Shown one piece after another: positions 1 to 8,375 of a stretch of 16,353 nucleotides of DNA. The stretch is taken from positions 1 through 16,353 of the forward strand of contig JBGSNL010000058.1 of assembly GCA_041739675.1 (NCBI GenBank). The letters are read 5' to 3'. Each line of letters begins with the position of its first letter. The stretch's first letter is position 1. The notes beneath the pieces are model-generated. The model was not told where the DNA came from. It did not search any database and saw only the letters and a program-made list of their open reading frames with translations. Made by a program: the position numbers and the translations under genes. The stretch is from a bacterium (GTDB taxonomy: Bacteria; UBA10199; 2-02-FULL-44-16; DYJF01).

Positions 1-405
1 ACAAAGCGGCTGAAAGAGCGGGAGCCGGAACGCAGCGTGACATTTGCAATAGCGAGGGGTCTGTCCGTGACGGGCGATAAGACATTGCTTTCAGCCGTGC
101 TGGAAAACCTTCTGGAAAATGCGTGGAAGTTTACGTCAAAGCACAATGAGGCGAATATTGAATTCGGCGCACGGCTTGAAAACGGAAAGCGGATTTTTTT
201 CATAAAAGATGACGGCGCCGGTTTCGATATGAGATATGTCGATAAGCTGTTCGGTCCGTTTCAAAGGCTTCATACGAAGGAGGAATTTCCGGGAATCGGC
301 ATCGGGCTGGCCTCTGTCAAGAGAATCATCAGCCGTCACGGCGGGAGGGTCTGGGTCGAAGGGGCGGTCGAAAAAGGAACGACTTTCTATTTCACGATAC
401 CGTAA
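1..405 (+). CDS. Sensor histidine kinase, C-terminal HATPase_c domain only (5'-truncated by the window edge); bacteriophytochrome-type kinase subfamily
   Basis: Frame is open from base 1 (TKRLKEREPERSVTF...). N box NLLENAWKF, G1 DDGAGFD, F box LFGPFQRLH, G2 GIGIGLA; stop TAA at 403-405. Confidence 0.93.
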   Translation, partial: TKRLKEREPERSVTFAIARGLSVTGDKTLLSAVLENLLENAWKFTSKHNEANIEFGARLENGKRIFFIKDDGAGFDMRYVDKLFGPFQRLHTKEEFPGIGIGLASVKRIISRHGGRVWVEGAVEKGTTFYFTIP

Positions 406-417
406 AGGGGGGTAACA

Positions 418-834
418 ATGAAGGAAAAAGTGGTACTGCTGATCGAGGACAATCCGGACGACGTGGAGCTCACGATCAAGGCCTTTCAGAAGAACGGCAT
501 CACGAACAAGATTGTAGTGGCCCATGATGGTGTCGAGGCAATCGACATGCTTTTCGGTCCCAATGCCATAAAACCTGTTGTTGTGATGCTGGATATCAAG
601 CTCCCTAAGGTGGACGGCTTTGAAGTGCTCAAGCGTATCAAAAGTGACAATGGGACGAAGTTAATACCCATTGTAATACTGACGTCCTCCAAGGAGGAAC
701 AGGATCTTTTCAACAGCTATGCATTGGGGGCCAACAGCTACGTCAGAAAACCGGTAGATTTTGATCAGTTTATCGACGTAGTGAAACATCTGGGGCTTTA
801 CTGGCTGCTTGTGAACGAACCGCCGCCGCTGTGA
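418..834 (+). CDS. Single-domain response regulator (Rcp1-like receiver)
   Basis: LIEDNPDD acidic pocket, phosphoacceptor MLDIKLP, LTSS, YVRKP, and the C-terminal 'LGLYWL' typical of Rcp1-like receivers; purine-rich RBS (aagggggg) upstream. Confidence 0.93.
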   Translation: MKEKVVLLIEDNPDDVELTIKAFQKNGITNKIVVAHDGVEAIDMLFGPNAIKPVVVMLDIKLPKVDGFEVLKRIKSDNGTKLIPIVILTSSKEEQDLFNSYALGANSYVRKPVDFDQFIDVVKHLGLYWLLVNEPPPL

Positions 835-841
835 GGAAATT

Positions 842-3355
842 ATGTCAAAACCACTGAAAGTTCTTATAGTCGAGGATTCCAAAGATGATGCAGAGCTTCT
901 GATCCGCGAGCTCCAAAAAGGCGGGTTTGATCCGGTGTGGGAGCGTGTCGAAACCGAAGAGGCAATGGGGGTCGCCCTGGGCAAGGAGAAATGGGACCTT
1001 GTCGTTGCCGACTACAGGCTGCCCAAATTCAGCGCGCCTAATGCGCTCGAAGTATTGAAGAGGACGGGGATCGACCTCCCTTTCATAATCGTTTCCGGCA
1101 CCGTTGAAGAGGATGCTATTGTCGTGTCGCTCAAAGCGGGCGCCCGCGATTTTTTCAGGAAAGACAGGTTCAAACTTCTTCCCGCTGCCGTCGAGCGAGA
1201 GCTGAAAGAAGCGGTTGAGAGGCGGGAGCGGAGGTTGGCGGATGAGGCGCTCAAGGAGAGCGAACGAAAGATTCGCGCCATCTTCGATCAATCCTTCCAG
1301 TTTATCGGCATTATGATGCTTGACGGTACGCTAATCGAGGCAAACAGGACGGCGATGCAGTTTGCAGGAGTTAGTGAATCTGATTGTTTGGGCAAACCTT
1401 TCTGGGATACGCCGTGGTGGACACATTCTGCAGAAATGCAGAATAAGTTGCGCGAAGCCGTAATAAAAGTTGCAAGGGGCGAAACCGTGCGTTTCGAGGC
1501 AACCCATCCCGCTGCCGATGGAAGCATTCACTATATAGATTTTTCACTTAAGCCCGCTAGAGATGAAAACGGTAAGGTAGTCTTTCTTGTGCCCGAAGGA
1601 CGCGACATCACCGACCGCAAGATCGGGGAAGAGCGCCAGCTTCTGATGAATGAAAGCCTGATCCTGTTGAATAAATCATCCGGCGCATTAAACGCCCTCA
1701 GCGATATTTTAAATATTATCAAGCAACATACAGGCATAGAAGCCGTAGGGGTCCGCCTGCAGGAGAATGAGGACTTCCCGTATTTCGAGACGAGCGGTTT
1801 TCCGGACGATTTTGTGAAGAAGGAAGACAGTCTCTGTGCCCACGATAAACATGGCACTATTTTGAAGGACGAACAGGGCCGCCCCATATTGGAGTGCATG
1901 TGCGGTAACATCATCCGCGGCCGGATAAATCCAAAGCTCCCCTTTTTCACGAAGGGGGGCACCTTCTTTACCAACAGCACGACCGATCTGCTCGCATCCA
2001 CTACCGAAGAAGATCGCATGGTTCGCACACGCAACTGGTGCAATACGGCGGGATACGAATCGGTGGCGCTTATCCCCCTGCGCTCGGGCGACAGTATTCT
2101 CGGCCTGCTTCAACTGAACGACCACCGTCGCGACCGTTTTACGCCCGACATGATCGCTTTCTTTGAGGGATTTTGCGCGAGCATCGGCATAGCGATCTCC
2201 CGCAAACGGTCGGAGGATGCGCTGCGAAAAAACGAGGCGAGATATCGCACAATTATCGAAAATGTTTACGACATCGTCTATTCATGCACAACCGATGGAA
2301 CCATCACGTTTATCACCCCCAATATTTCGGTTTTGGGATATTCGCTTGAAGATGTTGTCGGCCGTCAAATATTCGAGTTCATACATCCCGACGATCTGGA
2401 ATCCATGAAAAAAGATTTTGAGATGACTATAAATTCGGGGGAGGTGTTTCCTTCAATATGCCGTCTGAAAAAGAAGGGCGGCGAATATATTTATATAGAA
2501 GAAATCGGCAAAGTTGTAATGAATGAGGGCGAACCTGTAGGCATAAACGGAGTCATACGCGACATCACCGACCGCAAACGCTCGGAAATCGAGTCGCAGC
2601 ATGACAAGGAAGAATTGTCGGAGTGGAGCAGGGTGCTCGAATCGAAGGTCCTGGAACGCACGGAAGAGCTTGAAAAGGCGCATCAGAGGTTGGTTGAGCA
2701 GGGAAAACTGGCGCTTCTGGGCCAGGTCTCGGCTTCGATCTCGCATGAGCTCCGAACGCCGCTCACAGGCATCAGGAACTCGGTCTATCTCATGCAGATG
2801 CTGGGAGTCGAGAAAGACAACCCGAAGATCGCCGAGAACATTGCGCTCATTAACATGGAAATCGATGCGTGCGTCAGGGTTTTGAACAACATGCTCGATT
2901 TTGTGAGACCAAAGGCGCCGATAACCAAAGAATCGCGTCTCGACGTGGTCATAAGCAACACGCTCGCATCGATCATGATCCCCCAGAATATCAAAGTGTC
3001 GAAGGAAATATCGTCAACGCTGCCGAATATGATGATCGATGCCATGGAGATTCAGCAGGCTTTTGACAATATCATCAAGAATGCGATCGAGGCGATGAAC
3101 ATGGGAGGCGAGCTCACGGTTACCGCCTGCGTCGATGGAAATTATGTCGTTGTGGAGTTTTCCGACACCGGCGCGGGGATTATGCACGAGAATTTGCACA
3201 AAATATTCGATCCCCTCTTTTCCACCAGCCCCACGGGTGTTGGTCTGGGCCTCACGATCGCAAGGCAGCTCATCGAGGCCCACGGCGGTACCATAGAGGC
3301 GCAAAGCAGGACCGGCCAGGGCAGCAAGTTCATAGTCCGCCTTCCGGTAAACTAG
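842..3355 (+). CDS. Hybrid cytoplasmic sensor histidine kinase: REC-PAS-GAF-PAS-HisKA-HATPase_c
   Basis: N-terminal receiver (VEDSKDD, ADYRLP, VSGT); two PAS/PAC units ending RDITDRK; Cys-containing GAF-like segment ending GYESVALIPL...GLLQLND; H box SHELRTPL, N box NIIKNA, DTGAG, GVGLGL. No obvious transmembrane helix. Confidence 0.92.
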   Translation: MSKPLKVLIVEDSKDDAELLIRELQKGGFDPVWERVETEEAMGVALGKEKWDLVVADYRLPKFSAPNALEVLKRTGIDLPFIIVSGTVEEDAIVVSLKAGARDFFRKDRFKLLPAAVERELKEAVERRERRLADEALKESERKIRAIFDQSFQFIGIMMLDGTLIEANRTAMQFAGVSESDCLGKPFWDTPWWTHSAEMQNKLREAVIKVARGETVRFEATHPAADGSIHYIDFSLKPARDENGKVVFLVPEGRDITDRKIGEERQLLMNESLILLNKSSGALNALSDILNIIKQHTGIEAVGVRLQENEDFPYFETSGFPDDFVKKEDSLCAHDKHGTILKDEQGRPILECMCGNIIRGRINPKLPFFTKGGTFFTNSTTDLLASTTEEDRMVRTRNWCNTAGYESVALIPLRSGDSILGLLQLNDHRRDRFTPDMIAFFEGFCASIGIAISRKRSEDALRKNEARYRTIIENVYDIVYSCTTDGTITFITPNISVLGYSLEDVVGRQIFEFIHPDDLESMKKDFEMTINSGEVFPSICRLKKKGGEYIYIEEIGKVVMNEGEPVGINGVIRDITDRKRSEIESQHDKEELSEWSRVLESKVLERTEELEKAHQRLVEQGKLALLGQVSASISHELRTPLTGIRNSVYLMQMLGVEKDNPKIAENIALINMEIDACVRVLNNMLDFVRPKAPITKESRLDVVISNTLASIMIPQNIKVSKEISSTLPNMMIDAMEIQQAFDNIIKNAIEAMNMGGELTVTACVDGNYVVVEFSDTGAGIMHENLHKIFDPLFSTSPTGVGLGLTIARQLIEAHGGTIEAQSRTGQGSKFIVRLPVN

Positions 3356-3369
3356 GGGAAATTGGACAG

Positions 3370-3398
3370 TTGCAACATTGATTGTGAAAGGGTATTTT
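3370..3398 (+). promoter_or_regulatory. Possible sigma70-type promoter upstream of the stand-alone kinase
   Basis: TTGCAA (3370-3375), 17 nt spacer, TATTTT (3393-3398). The -10 overlaps the inverted repeat AGGGTA-ttt-TACCCT (3389-3403). Pattern match only. Confidence 0.3.
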
Positions 3399-3413
3399 AC
3401 CCTGGATTATTTT

Positions 3414-4085
3414 ATGGGCAATAATAACCACGACAAACTGGCGGTCATAAGCGAGGTTGCTGCGGAGGCGGCGCACGAGATGCGCACGCCTTTAACCGCC
3501 ATCAAGAATTCAATCTATTTTCTGCAGATGGCCGGCATCGAGGGGCACAACCCCAAGATCGCCCAGCATGTCTCTCTCATCAACGAGAAGCTCGATCAAT
3601 GCGTCCGGATGCTCACCAACCTTCAAAGTTTCGTCCAGCCCACGAAGCCCATCAAAAAGGAATCAAAAATCGACGACATCCTGACCGACAGCCTGACGGT
3701 TTCACTCGCCAATTCGAACGTCAAGGTAACGACGGAGTTTCAAAAGGATATGCCGCTCGTTAAAATCGATCCGTTTCAGATTCGCCAGACATTCGACAAT
3801 ATAATAAGGAACGCGGCCGACAGCATGGCAAGCGAGGGAAAGCTGGCCATAACGATGAAGACGGAAGCGGGCTTTGTGGTCGTCGAGTTCAAAGACAACG
3901 GTGCGGGGATCTCCCCCGAGAACATGGACAAGATCTTTCTGCCTTTATTTTCGACGACACCCCACAATATCGGCATCGGGCTCGCCGTCTGCGATCAGTT
4001 CGTCAGGGCCAACGGCGGGAAGATAGAGGTCGAAAGCAAGGTAGGTGAAGGCGCTCTGTTCAGGGTGAAATTGCCGCTGAAGTAA
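3414..4085 (+). CDS. Sensor-less histidine kinase (HisKA + HATPase_c); start could alternatively be TTG at 3378
   Basis: H box AHEMRTPL, N box NIIRNA, G1 DNGAG, altered G2 NIGIGL; aligns without gaps to the last 217 aa of the preceding kinase. Confidence 0.88.
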   Translation: MGNNNHDKLAVISEVAAEAAHEMRTPLTAIKNSIYFLQMAGIEGHNPKIAQHVSLINEKLDQCVRMLTNLQSFVQPTKPIKKESKIDDILTDSLTVSLANSNVKVTTEFQKDMPLVKIDPFQIRQTFDNIIRNAADSMASEGKLAITMKTEAGFVVVEFKDNGAGISPENMDKIFLPLFSTTPHNIGIGLAVCDQFVRANGGKIEVESKVGEGALFRVKLPLK

Positions 4086-4088
4086 AAA

Positions 4089-4112
4089 CCGCTTGCTTTT
4101 GCGGGCGGATTT
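4089..4112 (+). terminator. Weak intergenic stem-loop (possible attenuator or mRNA-stabilising hairpin)
   Basis: CCGCTTGC-tttt-GCGGGCGG forms 8 bp with two G-U pairs and is followed only by ATTT, a poor U tract. Confidence 0.25.
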
Positions 4113-4142
4113 GATCAATCTTATTTTAGAAAGGAGTCGGTC

Positions 4143-4511
4143 GTGGCCAAGGTCCTCAAGTTTCTGGTTATAGATGACGATATGGCGATAAGGAAAACGT
4201 TGTCCGACGTTCTGGAGGCGAAGGGTTTTGACGTGGTTTCCGTCGGAACCGGTCTGGAAGCGGTGGAAAAAGTGAAACAGGAGACTTTCAACGTTGCGAT
4301 AATAGACATTCGCCTGCCCGATATAAAAGGGACCGAGGTTTTGAAGCAGATCAAGCAGCTGAAGCCTCAAGTGAACTGTATAATCATCACGGCCTATCCC
4401 GAGGAAGATCCCGGAAAGACCCTCAGTCAAGGTGCCAGCGAGTTTTTCATCAAACCCATTGATTTGGACAGGATGCTCAACGTCATCCAGAAGATGGCCG
4501 GGGGGCGGTGA
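4143..4511 (+). CDS. Single-domain response regulator (receiver)
   Basis: VIDDD, IIDIRLP, ITAY, FIKP; GTG start preceded by AAGGAG RBS. Confidence 0.92.
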   Translation: MAKVLKFLVIDDDMAIRKTLSDVLEAKGFDVVSVGTGLEAVEKVKQETFNVAIIDIRLPDIKGTEVLKQIKQLKPQVNCIIITAYPEEDPGKTLSQGASEFFIKPIDLDRMLNVIQKMAGGR

Positions 4512-4912
4512 ATTTATTGAAGGCAATAGGAGATATGTTCAAGAAAAAGCAGACGATTCTCATCGTCGACGACGATCCCGTTGTCGTCACGAGCCTTGAA
4601 GCGGTGCTCAAGGGGCACGGATATCGCGTCAATGTGGCCTCCGACGGCGATGAGGCGATCGACAAGGCCAAAGAGAGCCTTCCGGCGCTCATTCTCATGG
4701 ACGTCAATATGCCGAAGATGCAGGGCGACATCGCAGCCATGCGCCTGGGCAGCGACGAGGAGCTCAGAAAAATCCCCATCATCATGCTCACGGCCTGCGA
4801 CACGATCCAGGAAAAAGTTCTGGCCAGCCACATAGGCGTTATAGATTACGTCACCAAGCCCTATGATGTAGCTCTCCTGCTCGATAAGATCAGAAAAATC
4901 CTTTCAGAGTGA
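4508..4912 (+). CDS. Single-domain response regulator (receiver); start either GTG 4508 (GTGA overlap) or ATG 4535
   Basis: IVDDD, LMDVNMP, MLTA, VTKP motifs. Confidence 0.9.
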   Translation: MNLLKAIGDMFKKKQTILIVDDDPVVVTSLEAVLKGHGYRVNVASDGDEAIDKAKESLPALILMDVNMPKMQGDIAAMRLGSDEELRKIPIIMLTACDTIQEKVLASHIGVIDYVTKPYDVALLLDKIRKILSE

Positions 4913-5682
4913 TCATGATAGAAGTCAGCCGGCTCACAAAAGTTTTCAAGCCCGGAAGGGGCCTTTTTGAAGTTTTCCGAAAAGGTCCTAACGTAAAGGC
5001 TCTTGAACGCGTCGATCTTCGTGTGCGTGAGGGTCAGATCATGGCCCTTTTGGGCCCCAACGGAGCGGGAAAGACCACTCTCATAAAGATATTATCGAGC
5101 CTTCTGTTGCCCGACGAGGGAGAGGTGAAAATAGGCGGAATGGATGTCAAAAAACACGGGCGGGCGGTGAAGAAGATCGTGGGGCTGGCAGTGGGCGAGG
5201 AGCGCAGCTTCTACTTCCGGCTCACGGGCCGCCAGAATCTCCACTTTTTTGCATCATTATATAGCCTCAGCAGAGCAGTCGCGAGAAAAAAGATCAATGA
5301 AATCGCTGAGTTGCTTGGAATTGAGGATCTGGACAGGCGTTTTCAGGAGTATTCCACGGGGGGAAAACAGCGTCTGGCTATCGCAAGGTGTCTTTTAAGC
5401 GATGCAAAGGTCATATTGATGGATGAACCCACGCGCAGTCTGGATCCCATCGCGGCATGCGAATTGGGAAAGTTGATAAAGGAAAGACTTGCTGGCGAGC
5501 TGGGGCGGACGGTTCTCTTCGCGACGCATCTGACGCACGAGGCGGAAGAGCTGGCCGACGAGATTGCAGTGATCGATCGCGGGGAAATCAAAGTTCATGG
5601 AAGCCTGGCGGAGTTGCGTTCGAAAATCAAAAATCCCGATGCAAGTGTGGAGGATATATATAGATGGTCGGTTTCATCGTAA
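4909..5682 (+). CDS. ABC transporter ATP-binding protein (exporter type)
   Basis: Walker A GPNGAGKTT, signature variant YSTGGKQR, Walker B ILMDEP, H-loop FATH; start overlaps the previous stop (GTGA). Confidence 0.93.
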   Translation: MIMIEVSRLTKVFKPGRGLFEVFRKGPNVKALERVDLRVREGQIMALLGPNGAGKTTLIKILSSLLLPDEGEVKIGGMDVKKHGRAVKKIVGLAVGEERSFYFRLTGRQNLHFFASLYSLSRAVARKKINEIAELLGIEDLDRRFQEYSTGGKQRLAIARCLLSDAKVILMDEPTRSLDPIAACELGKLIKERLAGELGRTVLFATHLTHEAEELADEIAVIDRGEIKVHGSLAELRSKIKNPDASVEDIYRWSVSS

Positions 5683-6479
5683 AATCCTGGGCCTTCTTCA
5701 AGAGGGATCTCATCGAGAGCGCGAGCTACAAGATGTCATTCATCCTGGAGATAGGCGGAATTCTTGCCAACATATTTTCATTTTTCTTCATAGCGAGGTT
5801 GGTGGGCGATTCTGCAAAACCTTACCTTGCGGAGTACGGCGGAAATTATTTTCCGTTCGTCGTCATAGGCATCGCTTTTTCCGGATATCTCTCCGCCTCC
5901 CTCGACAGTTACACGCAGGCGATAGGAAAAGAGCAAGGCACGGGAACACTTGAGGCGCTCCTCATCACTCCAACGGGGCTTCCGACGATCGTCTTGGGCG
6001 GCGCAATCTGGAATTTCGTCTTCACGTCTTTGAGGGTCGCCGTCTATCTGCTCCTGGGAGCCGCCTTTTTCGGCCTCGACATGAAAAATGCGAACGTGCC
6101 GGCGGCCCTTCTGATTCTTGTCCTGACCATCACCTCTCTTTCCGGATTCGGCATCGTCTCGGCCGGATTCACGCTGATGCTCAAACGCGGCGACCCCGTG
6201 AACTTTTTCGTCGGGGGTTTTTCCAAATTCCTGGCGGGGGTCTATTTCCCCATTGCGATACTTCCCCCCTTCGTTCAAAAAGTTTCGCTTTTCATCCCGC
6301 TGACATATGCGCTCCACGCGATGCGCATGGCTATTTTGAGCGGGGCGTCCATCTCTTCGCTCTATTCCGATATCGCGATGCTTTCCCTGTTCTCCGCGAT
6401 TTTAATTCCGCTGTCGATTCTCTTTTTCAGGTATTCGGTCCGCAGGGTGATGACAGACGGGAGCTGGGCGCATTATTAA
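5664..6479 (+). CDS. ABC-2 type exporter permease
   Basis: About six hydrophobic segments; EQGTGTLEALLITP and GVYFPIAILP...PLTYA motifs typical of ABC-2 permeases; overlaps the ATPase gene. Confidence 0.92.
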   Translation: MVGFIVKSWAFFKRDLIESASYKMSFILEIGGILANIFSFFFIARLVGDSAKPYLAEYGGNYFPFVVIGIAFSGYLSASLDSYTQAIGKEQGTGTLEALLITPTGLPTIVLGGAIWNFVFTSLRVAVYLLLGAAFFGLDMKNANVPAALLILVLTITSLSGFGIVSAGFTLMLKRGDPVNFFVGGFSKFLAGVYFPIAILPPFVQKVSLFIPLTYALHAMRMAILSGASISSLYSDIAMLSLFSAILIPLSILFFRYSVRRVMTDGSWAHY

Positions 6480-6489
6480 GGGGGTCCGT

Positions 6490-7857
6490 GTGGGATTTGT
6501 CGGCTGCGAACCGGTTCAAGACGTCGTTATGATGGAATATCACAACGACGCCTACCGCGTGTGGAAGGATCGCGGCGTGAAAGACAAGATCCTCGTCCAT
6601 ATCGACGGACACATAGATTTCGGATGGATAGCCGACGAAGATCCTTCAAAACTTACAAGCGTGAAGGACAGAGGCGAGCTTGACCGCCTTTTGAAAGAAA
6701 AAAATCTCTGGGATTTTTCCGGAACGGCCGCAGCCAAAATCAACATCGCCAACTACATATACCCCTCGATGAAAGAGGGAATTGTAAAAGCGCTTTACTG
6801 GGTGGTGCCGGATCCCGTCTGGAAGAAATGGCGGCAGAGAATGGCGGCAAAAAATATTCTGAAGCATATCGCCGCCCTTGCGCCGGCGCACAGCAAAATT
6901 GCCGGCTCTGTATTCGTCGTTCCGCTCTCCGGCCTGCCTTGTTTCAATGAGCCGGTCCTTTTGGATATCGATACCGATTATTTCGTAACCTCTTCTGTAA
7001 CCGCCGGACCGCCATATTATTCGGCAAGGCGCGTAGAGCCATGGACATGGCCCGACGAGTTTATAAAGTCGGTCGCGCAAAAAAAGATCAGATCCGATCT
7101 CGTGACGATTGCGTACTCGGTCGAGGGCGGTTACACGCCGGTGGAATGGCGTTTTTTAGGCGACGAACTGGCGGAGCTGATTCGAGCGCCCGGCGGAATC
7201 GATGCGCGCGGGAAAAAAAGGGCGCCGGATATGAACGCGTCATGCAAGACGCCATACGGAAACAAGGGGCTCAAATATTTCGTTGCCGGGAGGCTCAGTG
7301 ATGCTGTCCGTGAGTATTCGAAGGTGCTCTCGGAAGATCCCGGAAATGTCGGCGCCATCACAGGCATAGGGAAAGTTCTTTTTGAAAGAAAAAATTATGA
7401 GGTGGCCCTGAAAATGTTTCTCGAGGCCTGCTCTTTTGATGGTGGCAACGCCGAGGTGAATTACTCCCTGGGGCGTGTGCTGCAAAAATTGCGTGAATTC
7501 GCCGCCGCCGCGGATTCCTTTAAAAAGGCGATTGAGTGCGACCCTCTCTTCGCGCCTGCTCACTACGAATTGGGCAGGGTCTACGCAAGGCAGGAAAGAA
7601 TTGGGGATGCGATAGAAGAGTTGAAGATCGCTAAAAACTGCGGGCTTGACGGTTTTTCCACAAGATTTTCGCTGGCCGGCCTCTATCGCAAAAAAGGCAA
7701 TATGTATAAGGCGCGCAAAGAGTTTTTCAAGGGGCTCTGGTTCATAAACAGGCTGGGCCCTTCTTATCTGTTGCAAGGCTTGCTTTCAGTGCCTAGGATG
7801 GTGACAAGGAGCGTCCGTGTACATCAAGAATCAAAAAATGGCCTCAAGGGAATTTGA
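6490..7857 (+). CDS. UPF0489 / peptide-arginase-like metallohydrolase domain fused to C-terminal TPR repeats
   Basis: EYHNDAY, LVHIDGHIDF (DxHxD), IANYIY, LLDIDTDYF (DxDxD) and TIAYSVEGGYTP resemble the UPF0489 arginase-fold family. TPR-like helices follow (AITGIGKVLF, VNYSLGRVLQ, AHYELGRVYA, RFSLAGLYR). Confidence 0.75.
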   Translation: MGFVGCEPVQDVVMMEYHNDAYRVWKDRGVKDKILVHIDGHIDFGWIADEDPSKLTSVKDRGELDRLLKEKNLWDFSGTAAAKINIANYIYPSMKEGIVKALYWVVPDPVWKKWRQRMAAKNILKHIAALAPAHSKIAGSVFVVPLSGLPCFNEPVLLDIDTDYFVTSSVTAGPPYYSARRVEPWTWPDEFIKSVAQKKIRSDLVTIAYSVEGGYTPVEWRFLGDELAELIRAPGGIDARGKKRAPDMNASCKTPYGNKGLKYFVAGRLSDAVREYSKVLSEDPGNVGAITGIGKVLFERKNYEVALKMFLEACSFDGGNAEVNYSLGRVLQKLREFAAAADSFKKAIECDPLFAPAHYELGRVYARQERIGDAIEELKIAKNCGLDGFSTRFSLAGLYRKKGNMYKARKEFFKGLWFINRLGPSYLLQGLLSVPRMVTRSVRVHQESKNGLKGI

Positions 7858-8077
7858 GCACGAAGCTGTCCTTGTGGATTCGGACGAAAAGGAGCTCCTT
7901 GAGCTCAATCCGGTTGCAACGGAGATCTGGCGGCTGATAGACGGTACGAATGAAGTCGAAAATATAGTTTTGAGGCTCTGCGAAAAGTTCGATGTCTCGC
8001 CCAAAAAGGCCGGAAAAGATGTGACAAAGTTCGTGAAAAAACTTTTGGACATGGAAGTGATCACCGAAAGGAAATAA
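7817..8077 (+). CDS. PqqD-family RiPP recognition element (RRE) 1
   Basis: 86 aa; ASREFEHEAVLVD...LNPVATEIWRLIDG...LCEKFDV...DVTKFVKKL is the PqqD pattern. AGGAG RBS precedes the GTG start; overlaps the previous CDS by 41 nt. Confidence 0.9.
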   Translation: MYIKNQKMASREFEHEAVLVDSDEKELLELNPVATEIWRLIDGTNEVENIVLRLCEKFDVSPKKAGKDVTKFVKKLLDMEVITERK

Positions 8078-8079
8078 TT

Positions 8080-8367
8080 ATGGATATGGGCGCGCGTTAC
8101 GTCAAAAGCCAATTCGTCGTCGCACGCAGGATCGCCGACGAATATGTTCTCGTCCCCATCAGAAAAAACACGGGCGATCTGGAGACGATCTACACATTGA
8201 ACGACGTCGGCGCCGAGATATGGGAGATGCTAGACGGCGATAATTCGCTCACGGCGGTTTGCGACGGGCTGGTAGAAAAATTCGACGTTTCCAAAGAAGA
8301 AGCCGAAAAAGACCTTGAAAATTTTGTGAGAGATCTTTCCGAAATGAACTGTATTTCTATAAAATAG
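8080..8367 (+). CDS. PqqD-family RiPP recognition element (RRE) 2
   Basis: 95 aa; VARRIADEYVLVP...YTLNDVGAEIWEMLDG...LVEKFDVSKEEAEKDLENFV. Confidence 0.92.
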   Translation: MDMGARYVKSQFVVARRIADEYVLVPIRKNTGDLETIYTLNDVGAEIWEMLDGDNSLTAVCDGLVEKFDVSKEEAEKDLENFVRDLSEMNCISIK

Positions 8368-8375
8368 GCATCAAT

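Noticed and set aside
3363..3377. Sigma54-like TGG...TTGC motif
   Set aside because: The GG-to-GC spacing is too short for the -24/-12 consensus.
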